A stretch of DNA of 124,000 bases from Octopus vulgaris (Eukaryota). The first letter of the stretch is position 1. Every line of letters begins with the position of its first letter. The stretch spans positions 43,420,001-43,544,000 of the forward strand of contig OX597822.1 in assembly GCA_951406725.2 (NCBI GenBank), read 5' to 3'. Below the pieces are notes generated by a model. The model made no database searches and was not told the DNA's origin. It saw nothing but the letters and a program-made list of their open reading frames with translations. This document shows, piece by piece, positions 53,362 to 69,061 of the stretch. The position numbers were made by a program, and so were the translations under genes.

Positions 53362-54140
53362 GCCCTGATGCAGTACCAGGCAGTGGCTCTCATGGCTTCT
53401 TATCTTAACTGATTGCAAGTGTTATCATGTACATTGTTTTGTCTTGGTATAAAAGATGGGCTACAGCAAATATTCTGCTCAATACCACTGATTTGCTTGT
53501 CAGTTGTTTGACCTTAACCAGTTGACTATGTTCCTTAGTGGCTGACGATATGTGCATCTCTGATCATGAGCAGAAGTTGTGGGGGAGCATCATACCTGTT
53601 TGTTGAGAGGGATTCTTTGGGGTTTGAATAAGTCACCTCTGGAATATGGGTGTTTCGTTCAACATCCTAAAGCAACCCTTATTCAGGGACCTTTTGAGCA
53701 GGATGGGCTACTCAACCTGAAGAAAATTCTAACTGGGCCCCACCTGCAAGGTCATGTGCTGTTTATCTTGATATGAGTTCACCATGTCGCGCACATATGG
53801 TTGTGATGCATGTGCCTGGTGTACCTTCATCAGACGGGTAGTCATGATGGGTATATTGGGTATATGATGGGTATATCAACATTCTTAGACAACCCTTATT
53901 CAGGGACCTTTTGAGCGGAATGGATTATTCGACCAAAAGAAAAAAAAACTTCTAAGTGGGCCCCACCTGCAAGGTCATGTGCTGTTTCTTTTATTAATAT
54001 GAGATCACCATGTCGCGCACATATGGTTGTGATGCATGTGCCTAGTGTATCCTTATTAGACGGGTAGTCATGATGAGTATACTGGGCTTCGTATATTTTA
54101 CCCCAGTGTCACTTTGATGGCATGCACTGCTCTCTCACTC
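53362..54140 (+). mobile_element. (AAT)n-associated element, full 5' end, internal about 220-bp duplication
   Basis: Same 5' start as 50705. The aacccttattcaggg...atgatgggtata segment occurs twice. Confidence 0.75.
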
Positions 54141-54168
54141 AATAATAATATTAATAATGATAATAATA

Positions 54169-54279
<111 letters not shown>

Positions 54280-56403
54280 AAGAAGAAGAAGAAGAAGAAG
54301 AAGAAGAAGAAAAAGAAGAAAATCTTAGGATATTTTTGTACCAGAGATTATTTTATCAGTTTGGTTTGGAGGAAGGGATTGAGAGCATGGCCTGTTGGAA
54401 TGATCAATGCCGAAATAGCTCTCGTCAAATATTCGCTGGATCAAGGCTGGGTAAGGGTTAAACAGCAGCAGTACCTGCACCAATAACAGCAGCAGCAGCA
54501 ACAGCTCCCCACATATGGTAATGAATTAGAAATTAAGAAAGTATAGCTATGTGGTTAAGAAGTTCGCTTTGGAACCACAAGTATTCCGATTCAGTCTCAC
54601 TGTACAGGTACTTTGGGAAAGTATCTTCTACTACAGCCCCAGGCCGACCAATTTCTTGTGAATGAGTTTATTAGACAGAAACTATATGGAAGTGTACCGC
54701 CTGGAAAGTTTTAGTCCAGCAAATCAAACTACTGCTCATTTTGAAGTCTGATAAATATTCTGCAAAGTTACGAGAAGGTAAACGAATCAGTTCTTTTTTT
54801 TATCAAGTTCTGTGGGGCACGAAGCAAAAACACAAAGTCAGACAGACAGACCCACATATGAAAGACATATAGAATAACTATGAGGCTTAAAAATAAGAAC
54901 TGAATAAGAAATGAAGTCAGTTTACTCCACTAAATAGTTCAAGGCGGTACCCCAGCATAGTCGCAGTCCAAAGACTGAAATAAGTAGATGAAAAATATAA
55001 AGGAAATTCTGTTCACTATATTCAAAATGAGATGACAAAGAAGAAGAGGAACACACAGAAAAGAGGAAAAATCACACAAATGATGTATACACGCTCACCC
55101 CTCATCACTTATGGACCAAACGCCGTTACAATTTCAACACGATATCAATAAAATTGTTCAAGTTGGTGGCGTCAACACTAAAAAGCTGCCGGGGTTATAA
55201 ATCAGCGAAAATGTAGGACAGAACGAGACAAGCACGAACAAACAACAAAGTACAAACAAGAAAGGAGGAAAAACGATTTTGATTCATTCAATATTATATT
55301 AAAACTAAAGTGGTAGCGGTTGTCCGGAAAATATAAGTGTGGGTTCTGAGATTTTTGGAAAATCGTTTAATGGGTTCCACAATGAAATCAGTTGGTAACT
55401 TCTGTAGTAGGTGATTGGTCTGACTCAATTAAATGCCATTGAAGCTTCACCATTTATTACATAGTTGTTACGTTAGAGTTAATATAGTTTGAGTAGACTT
55501 ATTGATTAAATGTTTTATACGGATGAAATCTAGGGTGCTTCATACAGTTTATTAACTGTTTCTAAGTAAGAAAAAGAAGATAAGAAAGTAGGAGGGGGGA
55601 GTAAGAAAGAAGGAAAGAGAGAAAGTGTGAGGCGGGAGGAAAGGGAAAAAAGGGAGAAATGAAAAGGCGAGAATAAAAAGGAACTAAAATGATTTTTAAA
55701 AAGAAAAAAAAGATTAATAAAGAAAAGTAAAATAGCAGAAGTAAGAACACCAACAAAAAGAAGAGAATTAACAGAGGATCAGTCATTCAAATTTTGCCCC
55801 GAAGTATTATTATATGGAGAGGCAGGGAGATAGGAAGAGCGAGGATGAGAGCGGGAGAAAGTGAGACCGAGGAAAAGGAACAGAAAGAGGGAGAGAGAGA
55901 GAATGAGAGAAGAGAGTGAGAGAAAAACTAAGTCAGTTATACTGGAACAATTTGTTTACGATCACAGCTATCAACATATCAAGTTATCGTCGATATCTAA
56001 ACCTTGAATCAAAATGGCGAAACTTCACTTTTTCGGCTTTTTATTTTTTTTCTACGTGGAAGGCGACAGAGATCAAATTACGTCATTTGATCCGCTATCT
56101 AATTTTTTTACCATGTTTTCAAACCTTCAAGTCATTTAATATTATATTAATATAATGAAGATCTTCTGATCGTTTATTATGTGTGATTATATGTATGTAC
56201 GTACACACGAACATACACGTAAATGTATGTGTATGAATGAATGTATGTGTGTATGTATGCGTCTACATGTGGCTTTAGATCACGACATTTATTTCTGTGT
56301 GTGTGTATAAAAGTAAAGTACGTGTCTGTGTATGTATACATGCGTGTGAGTGCATTTATGTCTGTATATATATATATATACATATGTATACACATATTCA
56401 CCC

Positions 56404-56494
<91 letters not shown>

Positions 56495-56785
56495 GTCTAC
56501 CTGCCTGTCTATATGTCTATCTATCCATATATATATATATATACATGTGCAGAAACAGAAAGATGGTTATTTGTGTACACCTAAACGTGTGACTAGTTGA
56601 TAGGTGTAAAAAAATAACGACGAAAGCTTGTAGTCTAATGAAAAACATCCGCCTTGTTAAAGGCGATGGTTTTGAAGTTGCTGGTGGTGGTGGGGCGGAG
56701 TGTCAATGATAATAATAATGAGGATAATGAAAGGAGGGAAGGGCTGAGGTGGTGTTGCTTTTGATGCTGGTGGTGATGATGTTAT

Positions 56786-56903
<118 letters not shown>

Positions 56904-56930
56904 ATATATATATATATATATGTATATATA

Positions 56931-57026
<96 letters not shown>

Positions 57027-57354
57027 GCGGAATTGAAAATTAGGTCAATCAAGAATCGGATATCGAGGAATATGAGCGGAATGTTTATAATAATGGCCGT
57101 TTGTAACTATTTGTTGTTGCTGTTGTTTTAATCTGACTCTATTATGAGCGAATGCATTACAACAATGAATATCTCGTCTTTTTATAATCCTATTCGTTTT
57201 TGATCAAAATTAGCGGCTCCGATTTATATTACACAATGTAACACGGTGTTTGTTCTAGGGTAGCAACTGTTATTTCCTATTTGCTCACCCATAGAAAGTA
57301 TAGAAATAGCTCGCTTTTCCTTCAAAATTTGTTTTTGTTTCATTTACTAAAATC

Positions 57355-57550
57355 CCAAAGATTCCTCTCTCATCACATGGCTACGATGCTTCCCCCACTA
57401 CTTCTGCTCGTGAGCAGAGATGCACATATTGTCAGCCACGGAGGGGCAGGCTCAAGTGGTTACGGTCAAGCAACTGATACACAAATCTGTAGTATTGAAC
57501 AGAATGTTTGCTGTAACGATATTTCTGCTTTAGCAAATCAGCACTAAATC
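57355..57550 (-). mobile_element. Old internal fragment of the (AAT)n-associated element
   Basis: cacatggctacgatgcttccccactacttctgctcgtgagcagagatgcacat is the reverse complement of the element core. Confidence 0.6.
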
Positions 57551-57692
57551 TGACTGAAATATAATGGAAAATAGATCAATTTCAAAACATTGATGTCAGA
57601 TCACAGTAGCAAAGTTTGAAGGGAATAGTAGTCATTTCCTTTGATTTTTAGATAGAATCAAATAGGAAATAACAATTACTGACCAAAATAAT

Positions 57693-58260
57693 TATTGGGT
57701 GTCAGGAAAGTTCATGCCAATTTATAGTAGCTTACCTTTCGAATTATTTTAGAACATGGTTGAGTCCAGAAAATAGGATTTGACTATATCTCCATTTAGA
57801 GCACAGTTTAAGCTATCTTTTCGTGGAAGAAGGTCTATGTTCCTATAATCTGTGTTAATTCTGTAACCATTTAAAATGGGAGATAAGAAAGTTCATTTTC
57901 GGCACTTGATGCTTTGGGAACCAGACAAAAATTGCTGCTGCTCAGCTGGGATGTGTTACCCCACCCTCCATATTCACCAGGTATTGCTCCTTCGGATTTC
58001 CACTTATTCAGGTCTCTGCAGAATAGTCTTAATGATAAAAATTTCAATTCCTTAGAAGACATAAAAAGATACCTTGATGAATTCTTTGCCAAGAAGCCAC
58101 CTCAATTCTGGGAAGAGGGTATTTTCAAGTTAAAGGCAAGATGGAGACGCATCGTGCAACAAAATGGTTTATATTTGGTTGATTAAAATTGTAATGGCAA
58201 GTATTTATAGACCTTTTTCTTTCCTTTAAAAGTCGGTACGAAATTTCCGGACAACCTAAT
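57693..58260 (+). mobile_element. mariner transposon, internally deleted
   Basis: MGDKKVHFRH start fused to WDVLPHPPYSPGIAPSDFHLFRSLQNSL...WRRIVQQNG. 3' TIR ...ttccggacaacctaaTA, with a degenerate 5' TIR at 57693. Confidence 0.85.
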
Positions 58261-60489
58261 AAATAAAGAAAAGACTGTGTTATCCAAACTTTCTCCTTTT
58301 AAAAGGCCGCAAAATGTTCTTTGGGGCAAAGAAGCTTTTAGAATAAAAGTATGTATGACTAACAGGAAGCTCAAGTGATAAACGATGCGTTTGAGAAGAG
58401 AAGCAGGTGACACGTGTTAAGGTCTTGACTGAGAATCGTCGACCTGAAAGTTCACCCAAGTAATGACAATGGATATATTTACAGAAAAGAGAACTGAGCT
58501 GCATTCCGACAATGAGCCAAAAAGAAAGAAGAGGAGCTACCGGTCATAACTCAATTCGCAATTCGAAGAAACAAAATACTCACAGGAAGAGTTAATAATT
58601 TCTAGTTTATAAGATTATCTTTGGCGACTTAAGTTGCTGTGACTTTCATCCTGTACCACAATCAATCATACTCCAGGCTCAGCTTTGTGTCCACACCTCA
58701 GACAGTGTTTAGATTTCTCATTGTTTATTTTCTAATTTATTAAATTTGTTTTTATGCATTTTCATATGTTGACCGTTTTAGAATGATATTTTGTAGTTTC
58801 GTATACTGTATAGTTTTTAGCTTTTTCGCAATTTCATCGTTGATTTCCTCTCTTTTCACAGCTGTCTGTTACTTCAGCTACTGTTTTATATTTGTTGGCT
58901 TCCCAGAAGACAAAAAACTTTTGTTTTGTATGTGTTTTGTAGCTATTTGTAATAATTTTCAATTTATTTTTTTGCTATTGTTCTTTACAAAGCGCAGCTG
59001 AAGAAAAAAGCATTTCTATTTGAATGAGTTTCTTCAAGGAGATTCCATTTGAAACACTTTGGATGTCTCTTCACACCGGGAATGACATGAGGTTTGTTTG
59101 TTTTGGATACTTTTTAACATAAATTTATTTTGTTTAGATTCAACTTAAAATGGCTTCTTGCCAAAAGGAAGAAAACCCCACCCAACAAGATATTTGAAAT
59201 CAACACATCAGCATAGAAGAAAAGAAAGAATAGAAATTTAATTACACAGCAGAACATCGGTATTCAACACGGAAAACTTAATGACCTTTTGACATATAAT
59301 AATGATATTAATTGGAAAAATTTCAACGATATAATTAACAAAAACGACAACAATAATGAATAACAACAATGCAAACTCTTAGTTTGCCAAATGAAGAAAA
59401 AAAGGAAAAAATAAGTCAAGCGACAAAAGTAGGATTGTCTGTTTTTCTTTTGCTCATGCTGCTAATGATACAGAATTGCTGGATATATATTCTCTGAGAC
59501 AAAATATGCTTGGAAGTATTGCGTGACCAGAGAGGGTGCTTCTCTACCTGAGATTTTCATCCAAGATTGAGAAAAGAATGCCTGTAGAGGATTGCATGCT
59601 AGATTTAAAAAAACTAAGAACGATTGAAGAAGAAAACTGTGTTTGTTCCCTTCAAACCTACCCATAGACTAATGTTAAAATATGCGTAATAACGTAATAG
59701 GAGTGACAAAATGGTGGAAGTTGGCAATGATGGTGGATCGCTGGTATGTTTGTAGGCTAGCAAATCCGCCACTATATAAGTTATAAACTGTTATGGCAAT
59801 GAAGAACTCACTTGAAATCACCGTCGGAAATAAATAAAAATAGTCAAATCTCGCTGAAACAAACTTTGCGAAGACGATAATACGGAGCTCAACAGCATCC
59901 ACTAACCTCCACCCTCCGCCTCAAAATTGCTACGCGTCTGCCTAAAAACTGGCAGAGATGAAAGAATATATGATAATTAGGGTTTTTCTGGTATTTGATG
60001 TTTAAGAGTGTCATTTGTTATTACATTCAAAGCCCCGATGGTTTCAAGTACGGATGTCGTTCTTAGAATCCTCATTTTAAAACCGCTAATTTAAGGTCAG
60101 TTTATTTACTTAGCTTTTCCAATGATTTTACAAAATTGTTGGCGTCTCCTGGGATTGATTTATCGCGGAAGTGTCAGCAGATGGAACTGTTGGAGGTCCA
60201 CGTTTTGCGACGAAACCATATTGCTTTTACTCACGTAGCGTCCAAGCATTTATGACTCGTTGAGTTATGTCGAACAGCTGTCATCGCATGCAGGAAGAAA
60301 CTGACTTTCGGCCGAGTCCATTATGAGGACTGCTCTGACACCTTTAAAAAGGCAGAACAGGCGGTGTTCCTCTCTCTATTGGCTATAGTTGTGTGACAGA
60401 CGAGGCTAAAATTACTGAAGAAAGTCACTTTTGTTCTTCGGCGGAGCTCTCATCGTTATCATAAAGAAAGTGCTCTCTTTCTCTCTCTC

Positions 60490-60845
60490 TCAGTGGGTTT
60501 GTCAAAAAGTGGGTGATTGTGGCAAAAGAAAGGTTTCAGTGAAAGGTGCTACTCTTAGCATGCACCTGTAGATTGGATGAAAATTCATGACTTTGTTGGT
60601 CAGGGTAATTCTGGATCTATGGATCCTGTGATTGCCCTTAGTTGGAATGTATCAGAAGGACTGCATCATTCGTGTTATATACTGTAAATATGTATAATGA
60701 TATGTATTCTTCTATCACATTTCATCATCTTTCCCGCTTTCTTTCTCCTCAGCGTTTATATAACCCACCACCCATAAATTGAAGATCGTCCTTGTCATGT
60801 GCCCCTCATGTATGCCCCTGTGGAACATAAAAGAAATCATCATCA
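60490..60845 (+). mobile_element. Possible Tx1-like 3' end ending in (ATC)n
   Basis: GFVKKWVIVAK resembles the Tx1 C-termini elsewhere in the window; 3' end ...cctgtggaacataaaagaaatcatcatcat. Confidence 0.35.
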
Positions 60846-61149
60846 TACAAAGATAACAAACAAAAAAACAAAAACAATTGCAGTGTGGAAGCTGTTTATA
60901 AGCCATTTAAGAAACACAAAAAAAACGTTAGATTCACTTCAACATTTAAATTTAATTTGCCAAAATATTTTCGTCAATTTGAGACCGCGACCTGTTCACT
61001 GACACAATACCGTGCTGTTTTCGTTCCAGCACACGATCTTAGATCAGGTCACTTGCTATGCAAGTACATCTCCGTAATTCCCAAAACACAAAAAGGAAAC
61101 TCTTTTATAAAGAGTAATTTTTATATTTGCTTGTTGCAAGGTCAGTGAC

Positions 61150-61860
61150 TGGTTGTCACTTATTTTCTATACACTACAAGCTGGAGCGAACTACTGCCGT
61201 ATGTAGCGGACGGGTATCCACCACCGAGAAGGATGAGCACAAAAAGCTCGAAATCGTATGGTTTGGTGGTCGTGTCGCTTGAAAATATTAGGGGTTCGCT
61301 CCCCTGCTTGTAATATATATTGGGTGCAGATTGCCTCGAATAGCCATTCTTCTTTAAATCTTCTTTGTGTCTTGCTTGTGTCATCATGGCCTCCTCAAAT
61401 ACTTTCACTCCACTTCACTCCTGGCGGGGTTAAAATGGTAGTAACGTCAGTTCCTACAGGACAGCCATATTGAAGTGGCGATAAACATTTTTTGTCAGTA
61501 CAGTTACTATTTTCATCTTTTATAGAAATTTTCTAAAGTTTTTATATTTATTTTCACTTTACATAAGTACATCCTAAAATATTTGTTAGTCTCTCATACA
61601 ATTAAATTTACAATCTCGTTATTGAAAAGTGCCGTAAAATATTCACTTCCCTTTGCATCCGGCATGAGCATAAATTCATTTGTGATTTCCACATTGCACA
61701 AATGTACATCAATTAATGGCCTCCGCTGTTCTCTAATGAAACTTCAATTGTTAATGTCCGCCACTTACGACTGAATCCAAGACAGCGTGTCTGATTCCAC
61801 TTGTATCATATTCCATACAATAACGGCTGTAATTCTTCTGTAGATTCCAGCCATTGAGTG
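61150..61860 (-). mobile_element. RTE-clade LINE remnant
   Basis: PLLYG..., KVFEEAMMTQARHKEDLKK shared with the 65.8-66.1 kb copy. Confidence 0.55.
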
Positions 61861-61884
61861 AATGGAAGCTTAGGTTACAATATA

Positions 61885-62010
61885 CAGGGTGATTCAAAAG
61901 TCACCATACATAGGAAAAAAATTTTTGTAGGAAACAGTTAAATAAAAAAAAAACTATTTATAATTAAAAAGTAAATTGCTCTTATGTATGGCGACTTTTG
62001 AATCACCCTG
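61885..62010. mobile_element. 126-bp Tc1/mariner MITE
   Basis: TIRs cagggtgattcaaaagtc(a/g)ccatacata, TA on both sides. Confidence 0.85.
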
Positions 62011-62049
62011 TATATTAGAACACACTCGTCTATATCATTATCTTTATGA

Positions 62050-62270
62050 TCAAGGCGGCGAGGTGGCAGAATAGTTAAAACGCTGGACGAAATATAAGCG
62101 GTATTCGCCCTTCGCTACGTTCTGTGTTTAAATTCCGCCGAGGTCGACTTTACCTTTCATCCTTTCGGGGTCGATAAATTAAGTACTAGCAAAATAGTGG
62201 GGTCAAAAAAATCGACTTATTCCCTGCCTCAAAAATAGCTGCCCTTGTGGAAAAATTTGAAACCATTTTT
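62050..62270 (+). mobile_element. SINE family A
   Basis: aaggcggcgaggtggcagaatagtt...ggggtcgataaattaagtac. Confidence 0.75.
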
Positions 62271-62810
62271 ATCTTTATAATATATATACGGGTATGTTGA
62301 ATGCATCAGCATAACATTATTATGAAATACTGTGAAAGAAAAACAGATGCATCTAGATGTGAAAATATGATGCCTCCCCCCATCGAATCTGATTTCATTG
62401 TTATGAACGATCCATCAGTCGGGAAGCCAGAAGTCAAAATAATCAGAGCAATATCTAGTCACCATTGTGAAGCTTAGAAGACAGTTCGGTGATGAATTTT
62501 GATTGAGATTATAATATAATCGAAAGTTTATGAAATGGATGTAAGACTGGGCTGCTGTATGAAAGGTAACTACCCTGTCCTTTTATGCTTGCAATTCGAA
62601 GTATGACACAGAATCTAGTTGTGTAAAAATTCACATAAGTGTTAAATATCAATATTGCATAAAACTGATGTTACTGTCCATGCGTTAGATATTGCAGAAA
62701 CCAATGCATTTATATAATGAACACACGCACATATGTCTGTATCCATATATATGTGCATGTATGTATTTATCCAAATATGTATCTATATACGTATATATAT
62801 ATATACACAC

Positions 62811-62851
<41 letters not shown>

Positions 62852-62981
62852 TATAAAATGCATACATAAACATACATACATACACATACATAAATATATA
62901 TATGAATATATATGTATATCCATGTTTGTATATATGTGTATATATACATATATGAATGTACACACATACACACATATATAT

Positions 62982-63882
<901 letters not shown>

Positions 63883-64571
63883 CACACACACATATGTTCT
63901 TACGTTCATAAGTAGATATATACATTTATCTATGTATGTATGAAGGTATCTATCTATCCATTTATCGACCTATTTGTATACGTATATATATATATATATA
64001 TATGCATACACGCACAAACATATTCCTTCTCATATTATTGTCATCGTAGACGTTTGAAATCATAATTTAGAAACTTATATATATATATATATATTCTAAC
64101 AATGTATCAATCTGAAAAACAACGGGTAATTTAGTGTTAACATACTTTAATATTTTAATATTTTAATGCACGGACTATTACACATCTAAGCAGGAATTAA
64201 AATCTGTGGCGAGAAAATTGAAAATAGCAAAAAAATAAATAAAAATGCAACGAATTTGATCTAATACTAATATACTATATTTTCATTTCATTTCCGGTGA
64301 GTGAATATTTATGTTATCATTGAAAAGAGGAATTTTATGAAATTGAACAAATAAACATAAATATAGAACAATTCAAATGCTATTTATCGTTTGTGTTTTT
64401 CTTTTATTTTTTTTTCTTGTTTCTGTTAGTTTTTTGTTTTTCTTTAATTTATTTTTGTAATCAAAAGTTTGATCTAGTTGTTTGCACAATTTATTCTGCA
64501 GATAGATTATATATAGATTTCTGTTTAATTATTTATGCATTTCAGTATATTTTTATGTGTTAATTATAAAT

Positions 64572-64734
64572 AGGCGCAGGCATGGCCGTGTGGTAAGTAT
64601 GTTGTTTCGTGACCACATCGTTCCGGGTTTACTCCCACTACGTGACACCTTGGGTAAACGTCTTCTAATATAGCCTCGGGCCGACAAAAGCCTTGTGAGT
64701 GAATTTGGTAGACGTAAACTGAAAAAAACCCGTC

Positions 64735-64780
<46 letters not shown>

Positions 64781-64975
64781 CATTTTCATATATCCATGTG
64801 TGTATGAGTCTGTGTTTGTTACCCCTCCTTTGCCTGACAACCGATGCTGGTCTGCTTACCTCCCCGTAACTTAGCAGTTCAGCAAAAGTGACCGAATGAG
64901 AACTAGGCTTACAAAGAATACGTCCTGGGGTAGATTTCTTCGATTAAAAACCCGAAACAAGTAAAAGAATATAAG
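64572..64975 (+). mobile_element. SINE family B with internal (TA)n
   Basis: Head, CORE-like segment, microsatellite and 3' half. Confidence 0.75.
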
Positions 64976-65270
64976 AATATAGGTAAACATGTACACATAC
65001 GCCCAGAAGCTTTTTCCATTTGACAGTCGTATCGTTAATCAAATATATTCAATGAGAATACAATATACTGAATTTCTGATAAGTGTACTTGGTAGGGAAA
65101 TGTCTGAGACATTTAAGCTATGCATCCATTTAATAAGACCGATTATATATTATATTATAAAATAAGAGTAGGAAAATTACATCCATATACGTCCAAAATA
65201 TTATTGTATGACTAGATATATACAGGATAATTAAATCTGAGAATGAGATTGAAACAGTAATCGCCCGATA

Positions 65271-65675
65271 ATGTAAAGTATAGAAGCCATCTTATCATGG
65301 CTAACCACATTGGGGAGGGGGTGTTACTGTAGCTTTATAGCCCCAAGAGATCTTCGTCTCTAGCTGGCTCTAGACACAATATCTGTGTCCTTGGAGTATT
65401 TGCAAAGGGAGGCCATCCCTTCCTCGCAAGCCTGAGTGATACGCTCGAACTAGTTTCGGGACTTTTGTTGACGAGGGACAAAAATCCCGAAACTAGTTCG
65501 AGCGTATCACTCAGGCTTGCGAGGAAGGGATGACCTCCCTTTGCAAATACTCCAAGGACACAGATATTGTGTCTAGAGCCAGCTAGAGACGAAGATCTCT
65601 TGGGGCTATAAAGCTACAGTAACACCCCCTCCCCAATGTGGTTAGCCATGATAAGATGGCTTCTACACTTTACAT
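65271..65675. repeat. Near-perfect fold-back: 198-bp arms, 9-nt loop
   Basis: 65271-65468 is the reverse complement of 65478-65675 with about 4 differences. Confidence 0.95.
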
Positions 65676-65679
65676 AGAT

Positions 65680-65816
65680 ATATACAGTTCTATATTTAAG
65701 AGATGAGGAATTATGTACGTTATTCATATTATTTACATTTTGACGGATTTTGTCCTCATCTTGTTTGTTGTTAGCAAAAAGATTCGGCTGATATACCCTC
65801 CAGCCTTCACCAGGTG
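65680..65816 (-). mobile_element. PLE terminal-repeat fragment with decayed hammerhead (65781-65816)
   Basis: cac-CTGGTGA-A-GGCTG-gagggtatat-CAGCC-GAATC. The left part also occurs at 4970-5030. Confidence 0.5.
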
Positions 65817-66150
65817 TATATAGGGGATTTGGTGAAGCTTCGTTTTTGATGGGTTTTCAAATGAGATTTGAGCCCAGCAAAAGAATGGCGTGATCTGTCA
65901 CAGACTGTGCACACAAAATGTTCACTGAGATTCACCTTCTCGATCGCAACATTCTTCTTTAAATCTTCTTTGTGTCTTGCTTGTATCATCCTGGCCTCCT
66001 CAAATACTTTCTCTCCACTTCACATTTTTCTTCGCCATCCAACTCGACCCAAAGCAAGGGTTTCTATGGCATTTGAATCAATTCCAAGTGACTTCATAGT
66101 AGTCCTTTTGCCATCCTTAAATATCTTTTTAGGTTTGCACCGATTGCGTT
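65817..66150 (-). mobile_element. RTE-clade LINE 3' end with C-terminal zinc finger
   Basis: MKSLGID...ETLALGRVGWRR...FVCTVCDRSRHSFAGLKSHLKTH. Confidence 0.75.
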
Positions 66151-66992
66151 TATACATACATAATACATACATACATACATATATACATACATACATACAG
66201 CCATCACTGGAACTGTAAAAATCGGTAAGACCTTCCAGAAGTTTATCATTTATGTATATATGGACATGTTTAGAATGAAGTATACGCATGAGAATACATA
66301 CATAAAACAAAACATGAAAATTTACACATACATATACATACATACATACATGCATGCATACATACATACATACATACATACAAATATACCCTGTTGAAAT
66401 TGAAATTCCAACGAAAGAGTTTTGGATCTAGGTTATCATTCTCTACTGTCAAGAAATCTTGAAATAAAACTAAATAATGTCATATATACTTATAAGTATA
66501 TAAAATTGTGAACCAGGGAAATGAGGGCAGGAAATGAGTGACAGGTATAATAAAATGCGAACAGTGTACTATAAGAAAGAATAACAGTTTATTGTAATCG
66601 ATAGTTATACACTTTTCCTCATCGAAGTTGCGAGGAAATTCGATAAGCTCATAGTTTATATATAGGTGACATCTGGCTACTGGAGCCACTATACATGATA
66701 ATAAAAATCCAAGTTTAGAGCGTGGAACAGGTAACATGCAAGCTAGCTCAACACTTTACGTATTAATTATGCAATAAGCAATGTTTAAATTAGCTAATCA
66801 TCAGGCTGATTTACCTCAATGAAATGAAGTTTACATTGTCGCTCGGAATTTCTAAGTCAACTCCACCGCTGTGGTGCGTTGAGTGATTAGACTTCGGCTA
66901 TGCTGGGACACTGTTCTGAAGAGTTTAGCCTAAAAAAATCGACTATTTATATTTTGTTTCAAACCTAGCACTTGTAAAGCAGTGGTGGATAA

Positions 66993-67082
<90 letters not shown>

Positions 67083-67093
67083 ACACCCACACA

Positions 67094-67129
<36 letters not shown>

Positions 67130-67333
67130 CGCTTCTTTCAGTTTCTGGCCACCAAAATCATTCAAAAGGCATTCAATCTGTCCAGGGTTATAGTAGAAGA
67201 CACATGCCCAAATTGTCGCACAGTGGAATTGAACTCAAAGCAAATATGGTTGGAAAGCAGTAAAGCATGGTTGCACCTATACAGCCCCATCTACATTACA
67301 TATTCCCCTATATTTATTTGCATATATAATAAT

Positions 67334-67404
<71 letters not shown>

Positions 67405-67415
67405 TAGTAATAATG

Positions 67416-67448
<33 letters not shown>

Positions 67449-67923
67449 GTCTTGGTATAAAAGATGGGCTACAGCAAATATTCTGCTCAATACCACAGAT
67501 TTGCTTGTCAGTTGTTTGACCTTAACCAGTTTAGCATGGCCCTCAGTGGCTGACGATATGTGCATCTCTGATCACGAACAGAAGTAGTGGGGGAGCATCA
67601 TAGCCATGTGTTGAGAGGGATTCTTTGGGGTTTGAATAATTCACCTCTGGAAACATGGGTGATTCTTTCAACATCCTTAAACAACCCTTATTCAGGGACC
67701 GTTTGAGCGGGATGGGCTACTCAACCTGAAGAAAATTCTAACTGGGCCCCACCTGCAAGGTCATGTGTTGTTTATCTTGATATGAGATCACCATGTCACG
67801 CACATATGGTTGTGATTCATGTGCCTGGTGTACCTTCATCAGACGGGTAGTCATGATGGGTATATTGGGCTTCGTATATTTTACCCCAGTGTCACTTTGA
67901 TGGCATGAACTGCTCTCTCACTC
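67449..67923 (+). mobile_element. (AAT)n-associated element, 5'-truncated, (AAT)n on both sides
   Basis: Homologous to 50705-51259. Confidence 0.8.
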
Positions 67924-67959
<36 letters not shown>

Positions 67960-67966
67960 TATAATT

Positions 67967-67997
<31 letters not shown>

Positions 67998-68267
67998 TAA
68001 TAATAACAATAACAATAATAATAATGATAATAATAATAACAATAATAATAACTATAATAATAATAATAACAACAACAACAACAACAACAACAATAATAAT
68101 AATAATAACAATAATAATAATAATAATGATAATAATAATAATAATAATAATAGGGAGTATAACTCCAAACTTACAAATTAATATATGATTTTAATCGTTT
68201 GAATTACATAATAGTGGTTTTTCTCTAATTTTTATATATTATATATACATATATATATGTATGAATG

Positions 68268-68320
<53 letters not shown>

Positions 68321-68321
68321 A

Positions 68322-68369
<48 letters not shown>

Positions 68370-69011
68370 CGGAGCAATGAGTGACTGATGACGATTAATC
68401 AAATCTGAAATCATCGATAATATGACTCTATCTCTTCTCTTCCTTGTCAGTCGTTAGAAAAGCGCTCTCATGCGGCTAAGAGTTGTTTTGACTCTGATTT
68501 CTAGCAATACTGGTGCTGCTTAGCACTCTTGATCGCTTTAGTGACGACTGTTATTTTGCTTTTCAGTTATATACATGCATATATATATATATATATATAT
68601 ATGTATACACACATACATACTGTTGTAGGTATAACATATTCTTTGTCTATCTCCTTAACTTCTTGGAGATTTTAGGTATAATTATACTAATGTGTCCATC
68701 TGTTCTAATTTAATTAAATTCTATGTCTATGTGCAGCTGAAGATTGCTCTACATTTTAAATTGGTGCAATGATTTCATTGTTCAATTAAATGGAGTTGCA
68801 TGAAACGATCTTACTGCAATAACTCTCGATATCCTTGTTGCTTATTTTGATTTTAATCACCTTATTTTGAATTTGTATGGATAATACTGTACTAAATTCT
68901 GGAGCTTCAACTTAAGTACCATATTCATATGAATCTAAATTTTTGCTGAACTAATCTCCATAGATAGATAGATAGATAGATTGATATATTCATATATATA
69001 TGCATACATAC

Positions 69012-69061
<50 letters not shown>

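Noticed and set aside
59460-59960. Weak mariner-like remnants (also 62270-62600, 117530-117960, 118700-119050)
   Set aside because: The motifs are too degraded to assign without a profile search.
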